From a virus (Duplodnaviria; Caudoviricetes): a stretch of DNA of 58,537 nucleotides. The stretch spans positions 1 to 58,537 of IMG/VR virus record IMGVR_UViG_3300030116_006124; one strand, given 5' to 3'. This document shows, one piece after another, positions 45,460 to 55,586 of the stretch. The stretch's first letter is position 1. Each line of letters opens with the position of its first letter. Under the pieces are notes generated by a model, which saw nothing but the letters and a program-made list of their open reading frames with translations, ran no database searches and was not told where the DNA came from. The translations under genes and the position numbers were made by a program.

Positions 45460-46899
45460 ATGGCTAGAGTTACGTCGCCATCCAGAAGGCAACGGATTAT
45501 TGAGTTTACTACTCCTAAAGTAGCAGACTTAGTAGTTATTGAAACTAAAGATGCTAGCAAAAGTGTAAAGTCGGCTGCTACCGCTGATGACACACCATAC
45601 GGAACCCCACATCCCGATACTACAAATTTCCCTAGCCATAAGTTAGCTTTAATAAAAAGTGCTAACGACCAGAATGGGCAGTATCAATTATGGTACTATG
45701 TTGTAAATCGTGACAATCAAGATCAGTATAACTGGGAGTTCCAAGCTGCTGGAGCTTCAAGCACTCGATACGATTCTGTTACACGAACTTACGTAATCCT
45801 CCGCAGTTCTTATGACGAAAGTAGTCCTGCTTTGAATTCGGCTATGCCGACCACTACTAGTGACCCGTTTTCTGGTAGTGATGGTTATATACTCTTTGAG
45901 AAAAAACAGGTAAGATCGGGCAACGAAGTTTTAGATTCTTTGTATGTAGTAGAGCAAAGAGTTTTTGTAAAAAAAGTACCTATCCGTAATGTATATGTAG
46001 ATAGAACTTTTTCATTTGATACAACTGCTAGTGGAGCTGATTCTAACCCCTCTTTAGGAGCGTTAGTAGATAAGGAAACTATATTCTTCCATTCTGAAAA
46101 CATACAAGCTACGAAAACATTTAGTACTTCAGGAGATACTCTTGTTGACACTGGTACGACTACTGCGAATTCTTTTAAAGCGGGAAACCTAACATATGCT
46201 ACAGGACACTCAGATCTTGGAGGCTCACCTTCGGGGAATTCTAATTTTTGGGGTACTGATAAGTTAGGTATAAAAAGGGAAGGAAAGCAAATATCAGATA
46301 ACTGGTATGTTTTAAGTGAGAAACAAGTAGTCCCTTCAGTAGTCACATCAGGAGCTTCTGCGGGATTATCAGTTATCGCTAAGTACGAAACCCAAGAAAG
46401 ATATGTTTGGCCTCCCGTACTTAATGGTGTATCTGGTTTAGGAGATGGAGACGATGCACAGAACGGAGGTATCGTTGGGTATACGTGGAAGTTAAAAGAC
46501 GGGGGAGGAGAGTCTGTTGTTATTCCTGTTTATAAAAGAAACAGATACGATGGCCCTACTAAAACTCAGTATGAGATTACTTGGTCAAAAACAAAACAGA
46601 CACTAACTTCAATAAACCCAATGCATCCTTTACCTGTTGTTTTTTCAACTCCTTTAGCAAAACTACAAGTACAGCCTACTCTACATAACGCTATTGATAT
46701 AGGCATAACAACAGGCACAGGACATCCTAAATATAAGTTCGCAGCGTCTAGATTTTCATATCCAGCAACTAATTATGTTGACTGGCCTTCTGAAATAGTT
46801 GTTTCAGATACTCAAGAACCAAATAGAGGAGGTTATGTAAGAATTAAGAAAACGATATTTCCCCCAAATATTCAGCCTTTTACTGGTACTTATGCGTAA
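45460..46899 (+). CDS. Probable tail protein
   Basis: 479 aa, YGTPHPD...FP.HKL motif, beta-rich. Confidence 0.5.
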   Translation: MARVTSPSRRQRIIEFTTPKVADLVVIETKDASKSVKSAATADDTPYGTPHPDTTNFPSHKLALIKSANDQNGQYQLWYYVVNRDNQDQYNWEFQAAGASSTRYDSVTRTYVILRSSYDESSPALNSAMPTTTSDPFSGSDGYILFEKKQVRSGNEVLDSLYVVEQRVFVKKVPIRNVYVDRTFSFDTTASGADSNPSLGALVDKETIFFHSENIQATKTFSTSGDTLVDTGTTTANSFKAGNLTYATGHSDLGGSPSGNSNFWGTDKLGIKREGKQISDNWYVLSEKQVVPSVVTSGASAGLSVIAKYETQERYVWPPVLNGVSGLGDGDDAQNGGIVGYTWKLKDGGGESVVIPVYKRNRYDGPTKTQYEITWSKTKQTLTSINPMHPLPVVFSTPLAKLQVQPTLHNAIDIGITTGTGHPKYKFAASRFSYPATNYVDWPSEIVVSDTQEPNRGGYVRIKKTIFPPNIQPFTGTYA

Positions 46900-46901
46900 A
46901 G

Positions 46902-48065
46902 ATGTCCGAAGAATTTTATAATAATGAAGTTTCAATAGACACTACAGGAGTAGGGAATGTTGAGTCATGGTCTGATGATTTTGATGCAGACAATTTTGGG
47001 GTTATAGATAATAATTATTACGGCACTGATGAACTCGTAACTAACCCAACAGATCTTTTTGAAGGTAAAAAACATCCTTTCCAATTAGAGGTTTTAGAGC
47101 AAGATGAACGAACACAGTTCGTATGTTATTATGGGGTTTTATATTTTAGCATAGCAGCTATTCAAGTTGAAGGTTTTGATGTCGGAGGAACTACACGGTT
47201 TGGTATAAAAGGTCAAAGTCCATTACCTAGTTTTGGAAACATAACACCAGCTAGTTTTATAGGAGAAAAAGGAGAAAATAGAAAGTTTTCTATATTATCT
47301 AATAAAGGAAAATATGGAACTGTATATCTTAAATTTTATCTTGATGCAGCCAACCACACAATTAGTGAATGCACATTAAGTTTTATACCGCAAGAAGATG
47401 AGATTCCAGAGGAAGAACCTTGTGGTAAATTAGAAAAAGTTAATAATAAACTTCTTAGAGAAGCTCCTAATAGGGGTAGATATCATATTAAAATAGGATC
47501 ATTTAATGAAACAGCTAATGGAGAAACTTCAATTACTCAAAGCATAGAAGATCATCTTTACTATGCCACCACGATTATTGATGGGTCAGAAGCACCAAGC
47601 AGTTCTGATGGGGCTACATACTCCTTAACGACTACGGCCACTGATGATAACCCTGCAGGTACTTTTGAAGCTCCCCGTCAAAGCACTGGAAACAATAACT
47701 TACCTACAGCTACCAATAACCCTAACTTTATACCATCAGGGGAAAGTAATAAAAATGCACAACCTAATCAACCAAACCCTGAAGTCCCAATATTTGATGG
47801 AGAGCCTTCCATAATAGAAGAAATAGATGAACCTTCTTTTATACCACCAATAGACAATGAGTTTGGCGAAGAGCCTTCTATAATAGAAACACCAGAGCAC
47901 ACAGGAGGATTTTTTGGGGGTTTTGGAGCTGCGGGCAGTAGTGCTCCATCCAACGGTACGGGGTATATAGACACAGGCAGCATATCGTCAATTAGTAGCA
48001 TTTTAGCTCTTCAAGAGAACTCTCCTCAAGGAAGTGGTGGTGGAATCTCTTCTACTTCAACATAG
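46902..48065 (+). CDS. Probable tail-associated protein
   Basis: 387 aa, HPFQ motif, low-complexity C-terminus. Confidence 0.45.
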   Translation: MSEEFYNNEVSIDTTGVGNVESWSDDFDADNFGVIDNNYYGTDELVTNPTDLFEGKKHPFQLEVLEQDERTQFVCYYGVLYFSIAAIQVEGFDVGGTTRFGIKGQSPLPSFGNITPASFIGEKGENRKFSILSNKGKYGTVYLKFYLDAANHTISECTLSFIPQEDEIPEEEPCGKLEKVNNKLLREAPNRGRYHIKIGSFNETANGETSITQSIEDHLYYATTIIDGSEAPSSSDGATYSLTTTATDDNPAGTFEAPRQSTGNNNLPTATNNPNFIPSGESNKNAQPNQPNPEVPIFDGEPSIIEEIDEPSFIPPIDNEFGEEPSIIETPEHTGGFFGGFGAAGSSAPSNGTGYIDTGSISSISSILALQENSPQGSGGGISSTST

Positions 48066-48755
48066 GTGGCTTACAACGGGTACAAACAGCTTACTGACTG
48101 GTTCGACAGGATTTATGTAATAAATAGACCTGATAGAGAACAAAGACTCAAAAGTTTCTTAAACGATATAGAAGAAAGTAATTTAGCAGACCCAGAGGAT
48201 ATTGTAGTTTACCCTGCTATTATGGGAAATAGAACCTCCTTCCCAAGTTATTTTCAGGCAGGAGCTGGCGCATGGGGGTGTTTGAGGTCTCACATAAGGA
48301 TTATCGAAGACGTTATAATGGAGCAGAACATCTTAAATAAAACCATTGGATCAATTCTAATACTTGAAGATGACGCTGAATTTATACCTGAAGCATTACC
48401 TATGTTAAATGCTTTTATGCATAATGTACCTACTAATTGGGATCAAATATACTTAGGTGGACAGCATAGGAGAGAGCCAGAACATATAGGTATTCAGAGA
48501 GTTATGAGAGCTATGTCAGTAAATAGGACTCACGCCTACGCTTTAAAACGTAAAATATATAAAAAAGTGTATGTTCACCTCAACCACGCTCCTGATTATA
48601 TGGGTAGACAGAATCATCATGTAGATCATCAATACGAAGTAGCCCATAGACGTAAAGACTGGAACGTATATTGCCCTGCGACATGGTTAGCAGCACAGAA
48701 AGAAGGACATAGTGATATTTGTGATCAAGATTTAGGGCATCGGATATGGGAATAG
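48066..48755 (+). CDS. Glycosyltransferase family 25
   Basis: IYVINRPDREQR, GAWGCLRSH, LILEDD, WDQIYLGG, THAY. Confidence 0.85.
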   Translation: MAYNGYKQLTDWFDRIYVINRPDREQRLKSFLNDIEESNLADPEDIVVYPAIMGNRTSFPSYFQAGAGAWGCLRSHIRIIEDVIMEQNILNKTIGSILILEDDAEFIPEALPMLNAFMHNVPTNWDQIYLGGQHRREPEHIGIQRVMRAMSVNRTHAYALKRKIYKKVYVHLNHAPDYMGRQNHHVDHQYEVAHRRKDWNVYCPATWLAAQKEGHSDICDQDLGHRIWE

Positions 48756-48762
48756 TCAATAG

Positions 48763-48790
48763 TTGAAATCCCTGTTATTTCTTTTATATT
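48763..48790 (+). promoter_or_regulatory. Sigma70-like promoter (leaderless)
   Basis: TTGAAA-N16-TATATT, 5 nt before GTG 48796. Confidence 0.4.
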
Positions 48791-48795
48791 AAAAC

Positions 48796-49791
48796 GTGCC
48801 AGCTACTACCGTAAGTTATCTATACACAACGCATAGTCAATATCTTGACGCTGCAAACTTATCACATACAGGTTTTAGAAAAGCCTTGAATGAGGTTATG
48901 CCTCGTTTATATAAAATGGGTTATTGGCGTGATTTATACGTGGAGCATACTCAAGAGGCTTCTAAAGGATACATAGCTTTACCTCAAGATACAGACTCGA
49001 TTGTAGCTGGTATAATAGATAATAGTGCAGTCCCTACTCGTTCTTTATGGCATGATTATAGAATTTATGGGACAAACGATGAGGATGATACAATTCTATC
49101 TTCGTTCATTGATGATGGTTATCACACGACTTTTAGAGATTTAGATGGTACTACTCAGTACACTTTAAATATTACTGATATAGGCCCAAATAGTAATGGA
49201 GAGATTTTTAATGATGCTTCCGCAGAGATAAAAATTATTTGCCGAAGAGCAACAACTACAGCACCAGACACCGTTACAATAACTTTGTCTAATAGTTCAG
49301 TAGGGGTAACATCTAAAAATTCTACTGAGACTAATGTAGTTCATATTGAAAGAATAATTTATAAAGACATTCCATCAGGACATCTTACAAGGCTAAAGGC
49401 AATACAGACTAGTGACAATAGCAAAGAGGTTATTCTTGCTGATATCCCAAGCGGGCAAGGCGAAATACGGTATAGAAGATATAGAATCGGAGGAACAGAT
49501 AGTGAATCTTCAGCTCATATTTTAACAAAAAGAAGGTGGGTTCCTTTAAACATTGATATTAACACCGATTCTTCAGAAGACCCTATATACGTACCAGAAG
49601 ATGCTATTGTGAAACACGCTTTATTAGGTAAATTATCAGAAGATAATGGAGATATACAAAGAGCAGAGTACCACTGGAACGTGTGTGAGAAACTATTAGA
49701 GAAAGATTCTGACTCCTTTAGAGGAGCGGCTAAACCTGCATTACATGTGGCTCCTAATGGAATAGGCTCTGGTATGCGGGGTATGTACTAA
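48796..49791 (+). CDS. Probable head-tail adaptor/tail protein
   Basis: ALNEVMPRL...W, IALP, C-terminal helical AEYHW pattern typical of adaptors; inference. Confidence 0.45.
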   Translation: MPATTVSYLYTTHSQYLDAANLSHTGFRKALNEVMPRLYKMGYWRDLYVEHTQEASKGYIALPQDTDSIVAGIIDNSAVPTRSLWHDYRIYGTNDEDDTILSSFIDDGYHTTFRDLDGTTQYTLNITDIGPNSNGEIFNDASAEIKIICRRATTTAPDTVTITLSNSSVGVTSKNSTETNVVHIERIIYKDIPSGHLTRLKAIQTSDNSKEVILADIPSGQGEIRYRRYRIGGTDSESSAHILTKRRWVPLNIDINTDSSEDPIYVPEDAIVKHALLGKLSEDNGDIQRAEYHWNVCEKLLEKDSDSFRGAAKPALHVAPNGIGSGMRGMY

Positions 49792-49817
49792 ACAATTTAA
49801 CAATAAAACAAATAATT

Positions 49818-50099
49818 ATGGGAACAAACAACATAGAAAAACAATCCTTCGGACAAGCTGGAGCAACCTGTTTAAGTGGAACTGAAAGTGTAGTTAAGGA
49901 CATTTGTGCTATCCTTGCGTTAGAAGATTCTGTTCTTCATGACTCTAACACAGCATGGCCTGAACTAACTGATTCTTCTACAAAGAATTTAATAGGTAAC
50001 ACAAGCTCAATTACTATCCCTGCTGGAGTTACAATCTTTGGACAGTTTACTAAGGTAGGCTTAGATAGTGGTACAGTCCTTTGCTATCACGCAGCATAA
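49818..50099 (+). CDS. Small virion protein
   Basis: TIPAGVTIFGQFTKV.L.SG.V..Y motif, common before fibre genes. Confidence 0.55.
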   Translation: MGTNNIEKQSFGQAGATCLSGTESVVKDICAILALEDSVLHDSNTAWPELTDSSTKNLIGNTSSITIPAGVTIFGQFTKVGLDSGTVLCYHAA

Positions 50100-50103
50100 A
50101 TAG

Positions 50104-53100
50104 ATGCTAGGTTTAAGTTCAAAGTTAACGTCTTTACAGACGATCTTGAAGAAACTTTTCCTTGAGAAGTTTAAGTTGACCATTAGTACAACTGAACGAC
50201 TCACGAACAATTTCTTTTCAGACGCTTCGGGGTGGAGTATACCCCCTTTTAATTCATCAACGACAAGTATAACTGGTGGACAAATGGTGTTAAATAATGC
50301 ACCTAACACTGGAGCCTTTTATTTTGATAACGCTACTGAGGCAGGAAAGTCTTATCAAGTAAAATTTACAATAAGCGAATATTCTTCGGGAGGCATAAGA
50401 ATTAGATTTCCAGAAGATGCGGATAGAGTTTATAACGCTGATGGAAACTACACAGCTATAATCACAGCCAACACTCCGACCAATGCCACTAGACTAACAT
50501 TTACTATTGTGGGTACAACTACTTTGAAGGTTGATAACGTCTTCGTAAAAGAAATCACCAGTCCTCCACTAGCAGCCTTTTCTCTTAGGAAACTCGGAAA
50601 AGTTTCTCCATACGCCTGTAGGATAAGACGCTCAAGTGATAACACTGAAGCTCAAGTTGAGTTCGCAGGTTCGGCTGTTTCTGAATTCTCAAGAGTTCGC
50701 AATACATCACAAAATATTATTGCGTATAGTGAAGATTTTTCACATTCCGAATGGGTTAAATCTAACGCTTCTGTCCTAAAAAGCCTCATAACTGATCCCT
50801 TTGGGGGAACTAACGCTTGGAGGTTCAAGGAAGCTAACTCGTCCTCAAATTCAAAACTTTTAGTTGAATCCGTAGCTGTTTCTGATGCAACCTCTTATAC
50901 TTATTCTGTTCATGCTAAAAAGGGGGAACTAGATGTTCTTCAAATGTTTCTTGGAAACATTAATTATAGAGGAGGAGCTAATCATGCTAACTTTGACTTA
51001 ACAAATGGAACAGTTACAGCTACAGGTGGGGGTATATCCGCAAATATCGAGGCAGTAGGCACAGATGGATGGTATAGATGTTCAATTACCGCCACTACCG
51101 ATCAAGCAGGAAATACAGAAGCCTCTTTAGTTCTTCAGAGTAGCACTACAGCGTCCAGAAACTTAGCTTATTCGGGCAATGGGTCTAATGGGATTTATTT
51201 GTTCGGAGCAATGTTGGAGGAAACACCTAACTACTCCAATGAAGGTACTGAAATTGTAAATGATGATTTTTCAGCTAATACGACAGGTTGGACTACAAGT
51301 GTAGGGGTAGGTATTGATAGCAGTGCTTCTATTATAGATGGCGTTCTTAAAGTTAATGTTGTTAACAATGGGTACGTTAGAGCCACTAAATCTATAACTT
51401 ACGATCAAAATAAATACTATATTTTGACGGCTACAGTGAATGGAACGGCAGGGAAGGCTATAAGATTTAGAGACGATTCTGGAGATTTAGGAGGCTTAAC
51501 TGATGGATTTGACCCTCCTACTGGAGCAGGAGGTAAAGTCGATGGTAGGGTTACGATGACTGGAAGTTCTCAACAAGTCTCTTTCACTTGGATACCTACT
51601 GCTCAATCAGATGAGATAATCATAGAGCGTCATTCCTCTGGAACTTATGAATTCACTGTCGATGATTTATTAATTAAAGAATACGACCCTCTTTATCAAG
51701 ATGATTTCACAACCGACACTTCATGGATAACAAGTGAAAGCGGTAGTAGTACAGTCACAATCCCTTCAAATGGTAAAGCTCTACTTACGATAGATAGTGG
51801 GGATTACGCTAGTATGTCCAAAAATCTTACTTATAGTCAGGGTTGTAGGTACAGAGTAACAGCAACTATAAACGGATCTTCGGGAAACACAGTTCGATTT
51901 CGTGATACTTTTAATACTGGAGGAGGGTTACAAGCCAACGCTACAGGAAAGCAAACAGAAGGAAAGGTGACTTTAAATGGTTCAGATCAAGATATCTCTC
52001 TTGATTTTACGTCTACATCAGCTTCGGATAGAATTATTTTTGAGCGAGATGGCTTTTCTGGAAATGGAACCTGTACAATAGATAATTTAATTGTACAAAA
52101 ATTGGTTCCGTCAACAAGCGATTACATTAGTACTCCAGTACTGAGCAATGATGGTTTGACCTTCACTGAAACAACGCTTGGTGATTTTGTTGGCGGTGAG
52201 AATTTGATACCTTACTCTGAAGATTTTAATAATAATGCTTGGAACCCTCACTTGTTTGGTGGAGCAGCACAGATTGTTGAAAGCAACATAACTGACCCGT
52301 TTGGGGGAACAGGCAGTCATATATTTACATCCCACGCTGATGGAATTGGTTCTAAAATTCAAGACAACATAACAACAACAGCAGGTAAGCATTTTATTTC
52401 TGTCTTTCTAAAAAAAGGAACAACAGACAGTGTGCAACTGGGAATGATTGATCAAGGAACAACATCGATACGAGTAGAAGCAAACTTAACTAATGGCACT
52501 ACTTCTACTGCGCTAGGCTCACCATCTGATGTTTCTATAGAAGCAGTAGGCACAGATGGATGGTATCGTGTTAGCTTTGCTTATACATTTCCAGCAGGAG
52601 GATCGGATACGTTTCAACTGTACTCAGGCTCTTCAAGCTCAACTGGCGATAACTTTTATGTGTTTGGTTATCAAGTAAACACCAACTCACTCAAGACCTA
52701 CCAAAAGACCACAGGCACAGCAAGAGACGGAAACGCTTCAGTAGTCGTTTTATACAACCAAACGGGAGGGGAAGATATTATTCAGCCAACGTCTTCAAAA
52801 CAGCCCTTACTTTACAAGGGAGGGGTACTCGTAAAAGCAAACTCCTCACCTGCAATTCAATTTGATGGAACAGATGATGTGATGAAGTTTTCGCCTGATG
52901 AGTTTGGTAATGGTTTAAACTTAAATAGTCTTTCGAGCTTTTTAGTGTTCAAGGCAGACTACATTGCAGGATTCGATTATGTGTTTAATTTAGGTACAGC
53001 TACCAACGATAAGGACTGGTTCCTGCCATTTATAAATAGTGGTGATTTTGTCGTGCGTTACGGAACCAATTCAAATAGCGGAACAACAGGCAACACAAAT

Positions 53101-53358
53101 GTTAATTTATTTAGTGGAGTTGCAGGGCTTCAATCAGGAAAATTTAAAGCATTTCTTAATGGCACTCAAACAGACATTCGTGACGTAGAAAATAATTCAT
53201 CAGACACAGGGATCGCATCTTTAGGTGGTCTCGATGGAACTACAAACCAATTTGAGGGGAAAATTTTAGAACTTATCGTTTTTGATACAGAGCAGCACAC
53301 TACTCGCCAAGAAATTGAAGCCGACATAGCAAAGCACCACAACATAACACTGTCTTAA
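50104..53358 (+). CDS. Large fibre/spike protein with multiple carbohydrate-binding/LamG-like modules
   Basis: 1084 aa; AFSLRKL...RIRRSSDN; two N.I.YSEDF...W / EAVGTDGWYR modules; FDGTDD; C-terminal G.I.E.IVF. Confidence 0.7.
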   Translation: MLGLSSKLTSLQTILKKLFLEKFKLTISTTERLTNNFFSDASGWSIPPFNSSTTSITGGQMVLNNAPNTGAFYFDNATEAGKSYQVKFTISEYSSGGIRIRFPEDADRVYNADGNYTAIITANTPTNATRLTFTIVGTTTLKVDNVFVKEITSPPLAAFSLRKLGKVSPYACRIRRSSDNTEAQVEFAGSAVSEFSRVRNTSQNIIAYSEDFSHSEWVKSNASVLKSLITDPFGGTNAWRFKEANSSSNSKLLVESVAVSDATSYTYSVHAKKGELDVLQMFLGNINYRGGANHANFDLTNGTVTATGGGISANIEAVGTDGWYRCSITATTDQAGNTEASLVLQSSTTASRNLAYSGNGSNGIYLFGAMLEETPNYSNEGTEIVNDDFSANTTGWTTSVGVGIDSSASIIDGVLKVNVVNNGYVRATKSITYDQNKYYILTATVNGTAGKAIRFRDDSGDLGGLTDGFDPPTGAGGKVDGRVTMTGSSQQVSFTWIPTAQSDEIIIERHSSGTYEFTVDDLLIKEYDPLYQDDFTTDTSWITSESGSSTVTIPSNGKALLTIDSGDYASMSKNLTYSQGCRYRVTATINGSSGNTVRFRDTFNTGGGLQANATGKQTEGKVTLNGSDQDISLDFTSTSASDRIIFERDGFSGNGTCTIDNLIVQKLVPSTSDYISTPVLSNDGLTFTETTLGDFVGGENLIPYSEDFNNNAWNPHLFGGAAQIVESNITDPFGGTGSHIFTSHADGIGSKIQDNITTTAGKHFISVFLKKGTTDSVQLGMIDQGTTSIRVEANLTNGTTSTALGSPSDVSIEAVGTDGWYRVSFAYTFPAGGSDTFQLYSGSSSSTGDNFYVFGYQVNTNSLKTYQKTTGTARDGNASVVVLYNQTGGEDIIQPTSSKQPLLYKGGVLVKANSSPAIQFDGTDDVMKFSPDEFGNGLNLNSLSSFLVFKADYIAGFDYVFNLGTATNDKDWFLPFINSGDFVVRYGTNSNSGTTGNTNVNLFSGVAGLQSGKFKAFLNGTQTDIRDVENNSSDTGIASLGGLDGTTNQFEGKILELIVFDTEQHTTRQEIEADIAKHHNITLS

Positions 53359-53360
53359 AT

Positions 53361-53708
53361 ATGACTGATCCATTTTACATTATCTTTGATAGTGAAGAAG
53401 AAGCCCTTCTTCGTAGTGAGAGAGCAGGAGTTGACCGTAAACTTAGCTATTCAATTAACGGTACTGGAACGAGGTATTGGTTTTCAGTCGAGGTTGAAAG
53501 TAAGGAAGACCCAAGAGCAGCATTAATTTTACCAACAATAACGGAGGATGAAGTAAATCAGGATACAGGAGAAATTGTAAATAGTAGGATTGTTCCTGTA
53601 GATTCTGATATTCTTGATAGTGATGACTTTATTCAAATGGTTGAGACACTCCCTAATGATTGGGTTTATCCTCCACAAGAACCAGAGGAAATAATTCAGC
53701 CTGATTAA
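53361..53708 (+). CDS. Acidic hypothetical protein (possible fibre chaperone)
   Basis: 115 aa directly after the fibre gene. Confidence 0.5.
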   Translation: MTDPFYIIFDSEEEALLRSERAGVDRKLSYSINGTGTRYWFSVEVESKEDPRAALILPTITEDEVNQDTGEIVNSRIVPVDSDILDSDDFIQMVETLPNDWVYPPQEPEEIIQPD

Positions 53709-53771
53709 CCACCCCTTATTATGCTTATTAAAGATAGAAAAACGTCATAAAAGTGTTATATTTTTAAAATT

Positions 53772-53945
53772 ATGAGTAACAGTGAGATAATAACTAAAGG
53801 AGTTACAGGTGTAACGGGTTCACTTATAGCTGTTACTATACCTTATGCAGAGGTGATCCAATGGGGCATTCAGGTTATTGGAGGTCTTTTAGGTATTGCT
53901 GTTGCTATAATTACGTTATATAATTTAATAAAAAAGAAAAAATGA
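53772..53945 (+). CDS. Holin-like membrane protein (57 aa, not in ORF track)
   Basis: MSNSEIITKGVTGVTGSLIAVTI...IQVIGGLLGIAVAIITLYNLIKKKK. Confidence 0.55.
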   Translation: MSNSEIITKGVTGVTGSLIAVTIPYAEVIQWGIQVIGGLLGIAVAIITLYNLIKKKK

Positions 53946-54106
53946 ATAAAGATTCAATTTTAGGAATAATCCGTCACATCCTCACCTTCGGTGGTGGGTT
54001 CATGACTCAAAGTGGTCTCGCCACTGATAATGAAGTTACCACAGGTGTATCCGCTGCTGTCACACTTATAGGTGTCGTTTGGTCAATTTTGTCTAAAAAG
54101 AAGTAA
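53942..54106 (+). CDS. Holin-like membrane protein (54 aa, not in ORF track)
   Basis: MNKDSILGIIRHILTFGGG...AAVTLIGVVWSILSKKK, two hydrophobic segments. Confidence 0.6.
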   Translation: MNKDSILGIIRHILTFGGGFMTQSGLATDNEVTTGVSAAVTLIGVVWSILSKKK

Positions 54107-54214
54107 AATGTATCACGGAAATTCGGCTAAAAAGAAAAAAAATTCTCCAAAAAAGAAGAATAAAAATTCTAAAAAAGCTATTTTAAAAGCAGCATATAGG
54201 AAAAAGAAAAATAA

Positions 54215-54406
54215 GTGACTTTCTTCAAATTAATTATAGCGGCACTTAGTTCATATGCTGCATACACTAAGTTGAAGTATAGGAGGCATATTTATGACAT
54301 TGAAGATGAAATTGATCGTCTTGCTGGCGATGGTAGCCCTTCTGCCAAGCTGCGTCTTGAACGACTTAGCAGGAGACTCAGCCTTGAACGAAAGCGCAAT
54401 ATATGA
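54215..54406 (+). CDS. Putative i-spanin-like protein
   Basis: N-terminal hydrophobic helix then charged helix; overlaps the lipoprotein gene. Confidence 0.4.
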   Translation: MTFFKLIIAALSSYAAYTKLKYRRHIYDIEDEIDRLAGDGSPSAKLRLERLSRRLSLERKRNI

Positions 54407-54536
54407 TCCCCCTACAATAACCCTTTTAAAAGGGTATGACTATCCTTTTAAAGAAGGAAACCTCATGGGTCGTGGTCAGAAGTTCCATAGTGATTATTCT
54501 TATAGGAGAGCTATAATTATTGGGGGAAATAAATAA
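54294..54536 (+). CDS. Lipoprotein, putative o-spanin
   Basis: MKLIVLLAMVALLPSC lipobox; starts inside the previous gene in another frame. Confidence 0.5.
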   Translation: MTLKMKLIVLLAMVALLPSCVLNDLAGDSALNESAIYDPPTITLLKGYDYPFKEGNLMGRGQKFHSDYSYRRAIIIGGNK

Positions 54537-54961
54537 TGCCTGATAAAAAATCCGATAAGAAAAAAATACTAAAAAAATCCTTTAGGGATTTGAAAAAAAG
54601 CGCAGCGAACAAAACAAAAGAAGATAAAAAAAGAATCCCTGAAAAAAGAAAAGATGGTACTAAGAGACCAAAATCAGAGCATTCTGATTTATACACAGAT
54701 GAAGACCCAAAAGGCACAATAAAAGGTCTTGGTTTTAAAGATGTTGGGACTGCTAAGAATAGTGTTGCGATTATTGAGAAAGCCAAAAGACCACATAAAC
54801 ACAAAGTGCAAGCTACTATGGCTATGGAGCAAAGATCTAGATTCGCAGCTAAAAACGCTAAAGACCCTGCGAAAAAGAAAAACCTATCTTCTGCAAATAA
54901 AATATATAAAGGTTATCTAGAAAAATTAAAAAAAAGAACGCAAGACAAAAACAAGAAGTGA
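54536..54961 (+). CDS. Basic conserved hypothetical protein
   Basis: HSDLYTDEDPKGTIKGLGFKD...QATMAMEQR motif. Confidence 0.65.
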   Translation: MPDKKSDKKKILKKSFRDLKKSAANKTKEDKKRIPEKRKDGTKRPKSEHSDLYTDEDPKGTIKGLGFKDVGTAKNSVAIIEKAKRPHKHKVQATMAMEQRSRFAAKNAKDPAKKKNLSSANKIYKGYLEKLKKRTQDKNKK

Positions 54962-55030
54962 GTGTAAAGAGTTTTATGAAGAAACTGATTAAGGCTGAAT
55001 ATTCTTGATATTGTGCTATATTTATAGCCT

Positions 55031-55585
55031 ATGATAGCAATATGCGTAGGCCATAGCAGACCAAACGACTCAGGAGCAGCCTCAGTAACTGGAGTCACTG
55101 AGTGGGACTACAATTCCAAATTAGCTGATATGATCAGCCAAAGATTGAAGACGAAGCATAAAGTTTATTCAACATACAAAGGGAACAGTTATTGGAGTGC
55201 TATGAAATGGTTAGCTAAGACTCTACGTAATGATGGAGTGGAGGCAGCAATAGAGCTTCATTTCAATGCAGCTACTCCATCAGCAACAGGGCATGAGTGG
55301 TTATACTGGAACACTTCAGAGAAAGGGAGACTATTTGCTCGTGCTTTGAGAGACTCTTTCGAAGATTGCTTTCCTCAACTACGAAGCAGGGGCATTAGAC
55401 CACGTAAAAAAGGAAGCAGAGGAGCAGGGTTTTTGAGGTTAACTCACTGTCCAGCGACTATCGCTGAACCTTTTTTTGGTAGTAATCAGGAGGATTGGGA
55501 TCTCGCTTTAAAAAACATGGAGGGTATTGCTACGACTATAGCAGCAGGAATTGAGCTATATAAAGACCTTTCAGAAAGGTGGTAA
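55031..55585 (+). CDS. N-acetylmuramoyl-L-alanine amidase (Amidase_3) endolysin
   Basis: CVGHS, EWDYN, IELHFNA, IAEPFFGSN zinc/catalytic residues. Confidence 0.88.
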   Translation: MIAICVGHSRPNDSGAASVTGVTEWDYNSKLADMISQRLKTKHKVYSTYKGNSYWSAMKWLAKTLRNDGVEAAIELHFNAATPSATGHEWLYWNTSEKGRLFARALRDSFEDCFPQLRSRGIRPRKKGSRGAGFLRLTHCPATIAEPFFGSNQEDWDLALKNMEGIATTIAAGIELYKDLSERW

Positions 55586-55586
55586 T

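Noticed and set aside
50104-53358. Diversity-generating retroelement acting on the fibre gene
   Set aside because: No reverse transcriptase; the internal repeats are domain duplications and do not show adenine-specific differences.
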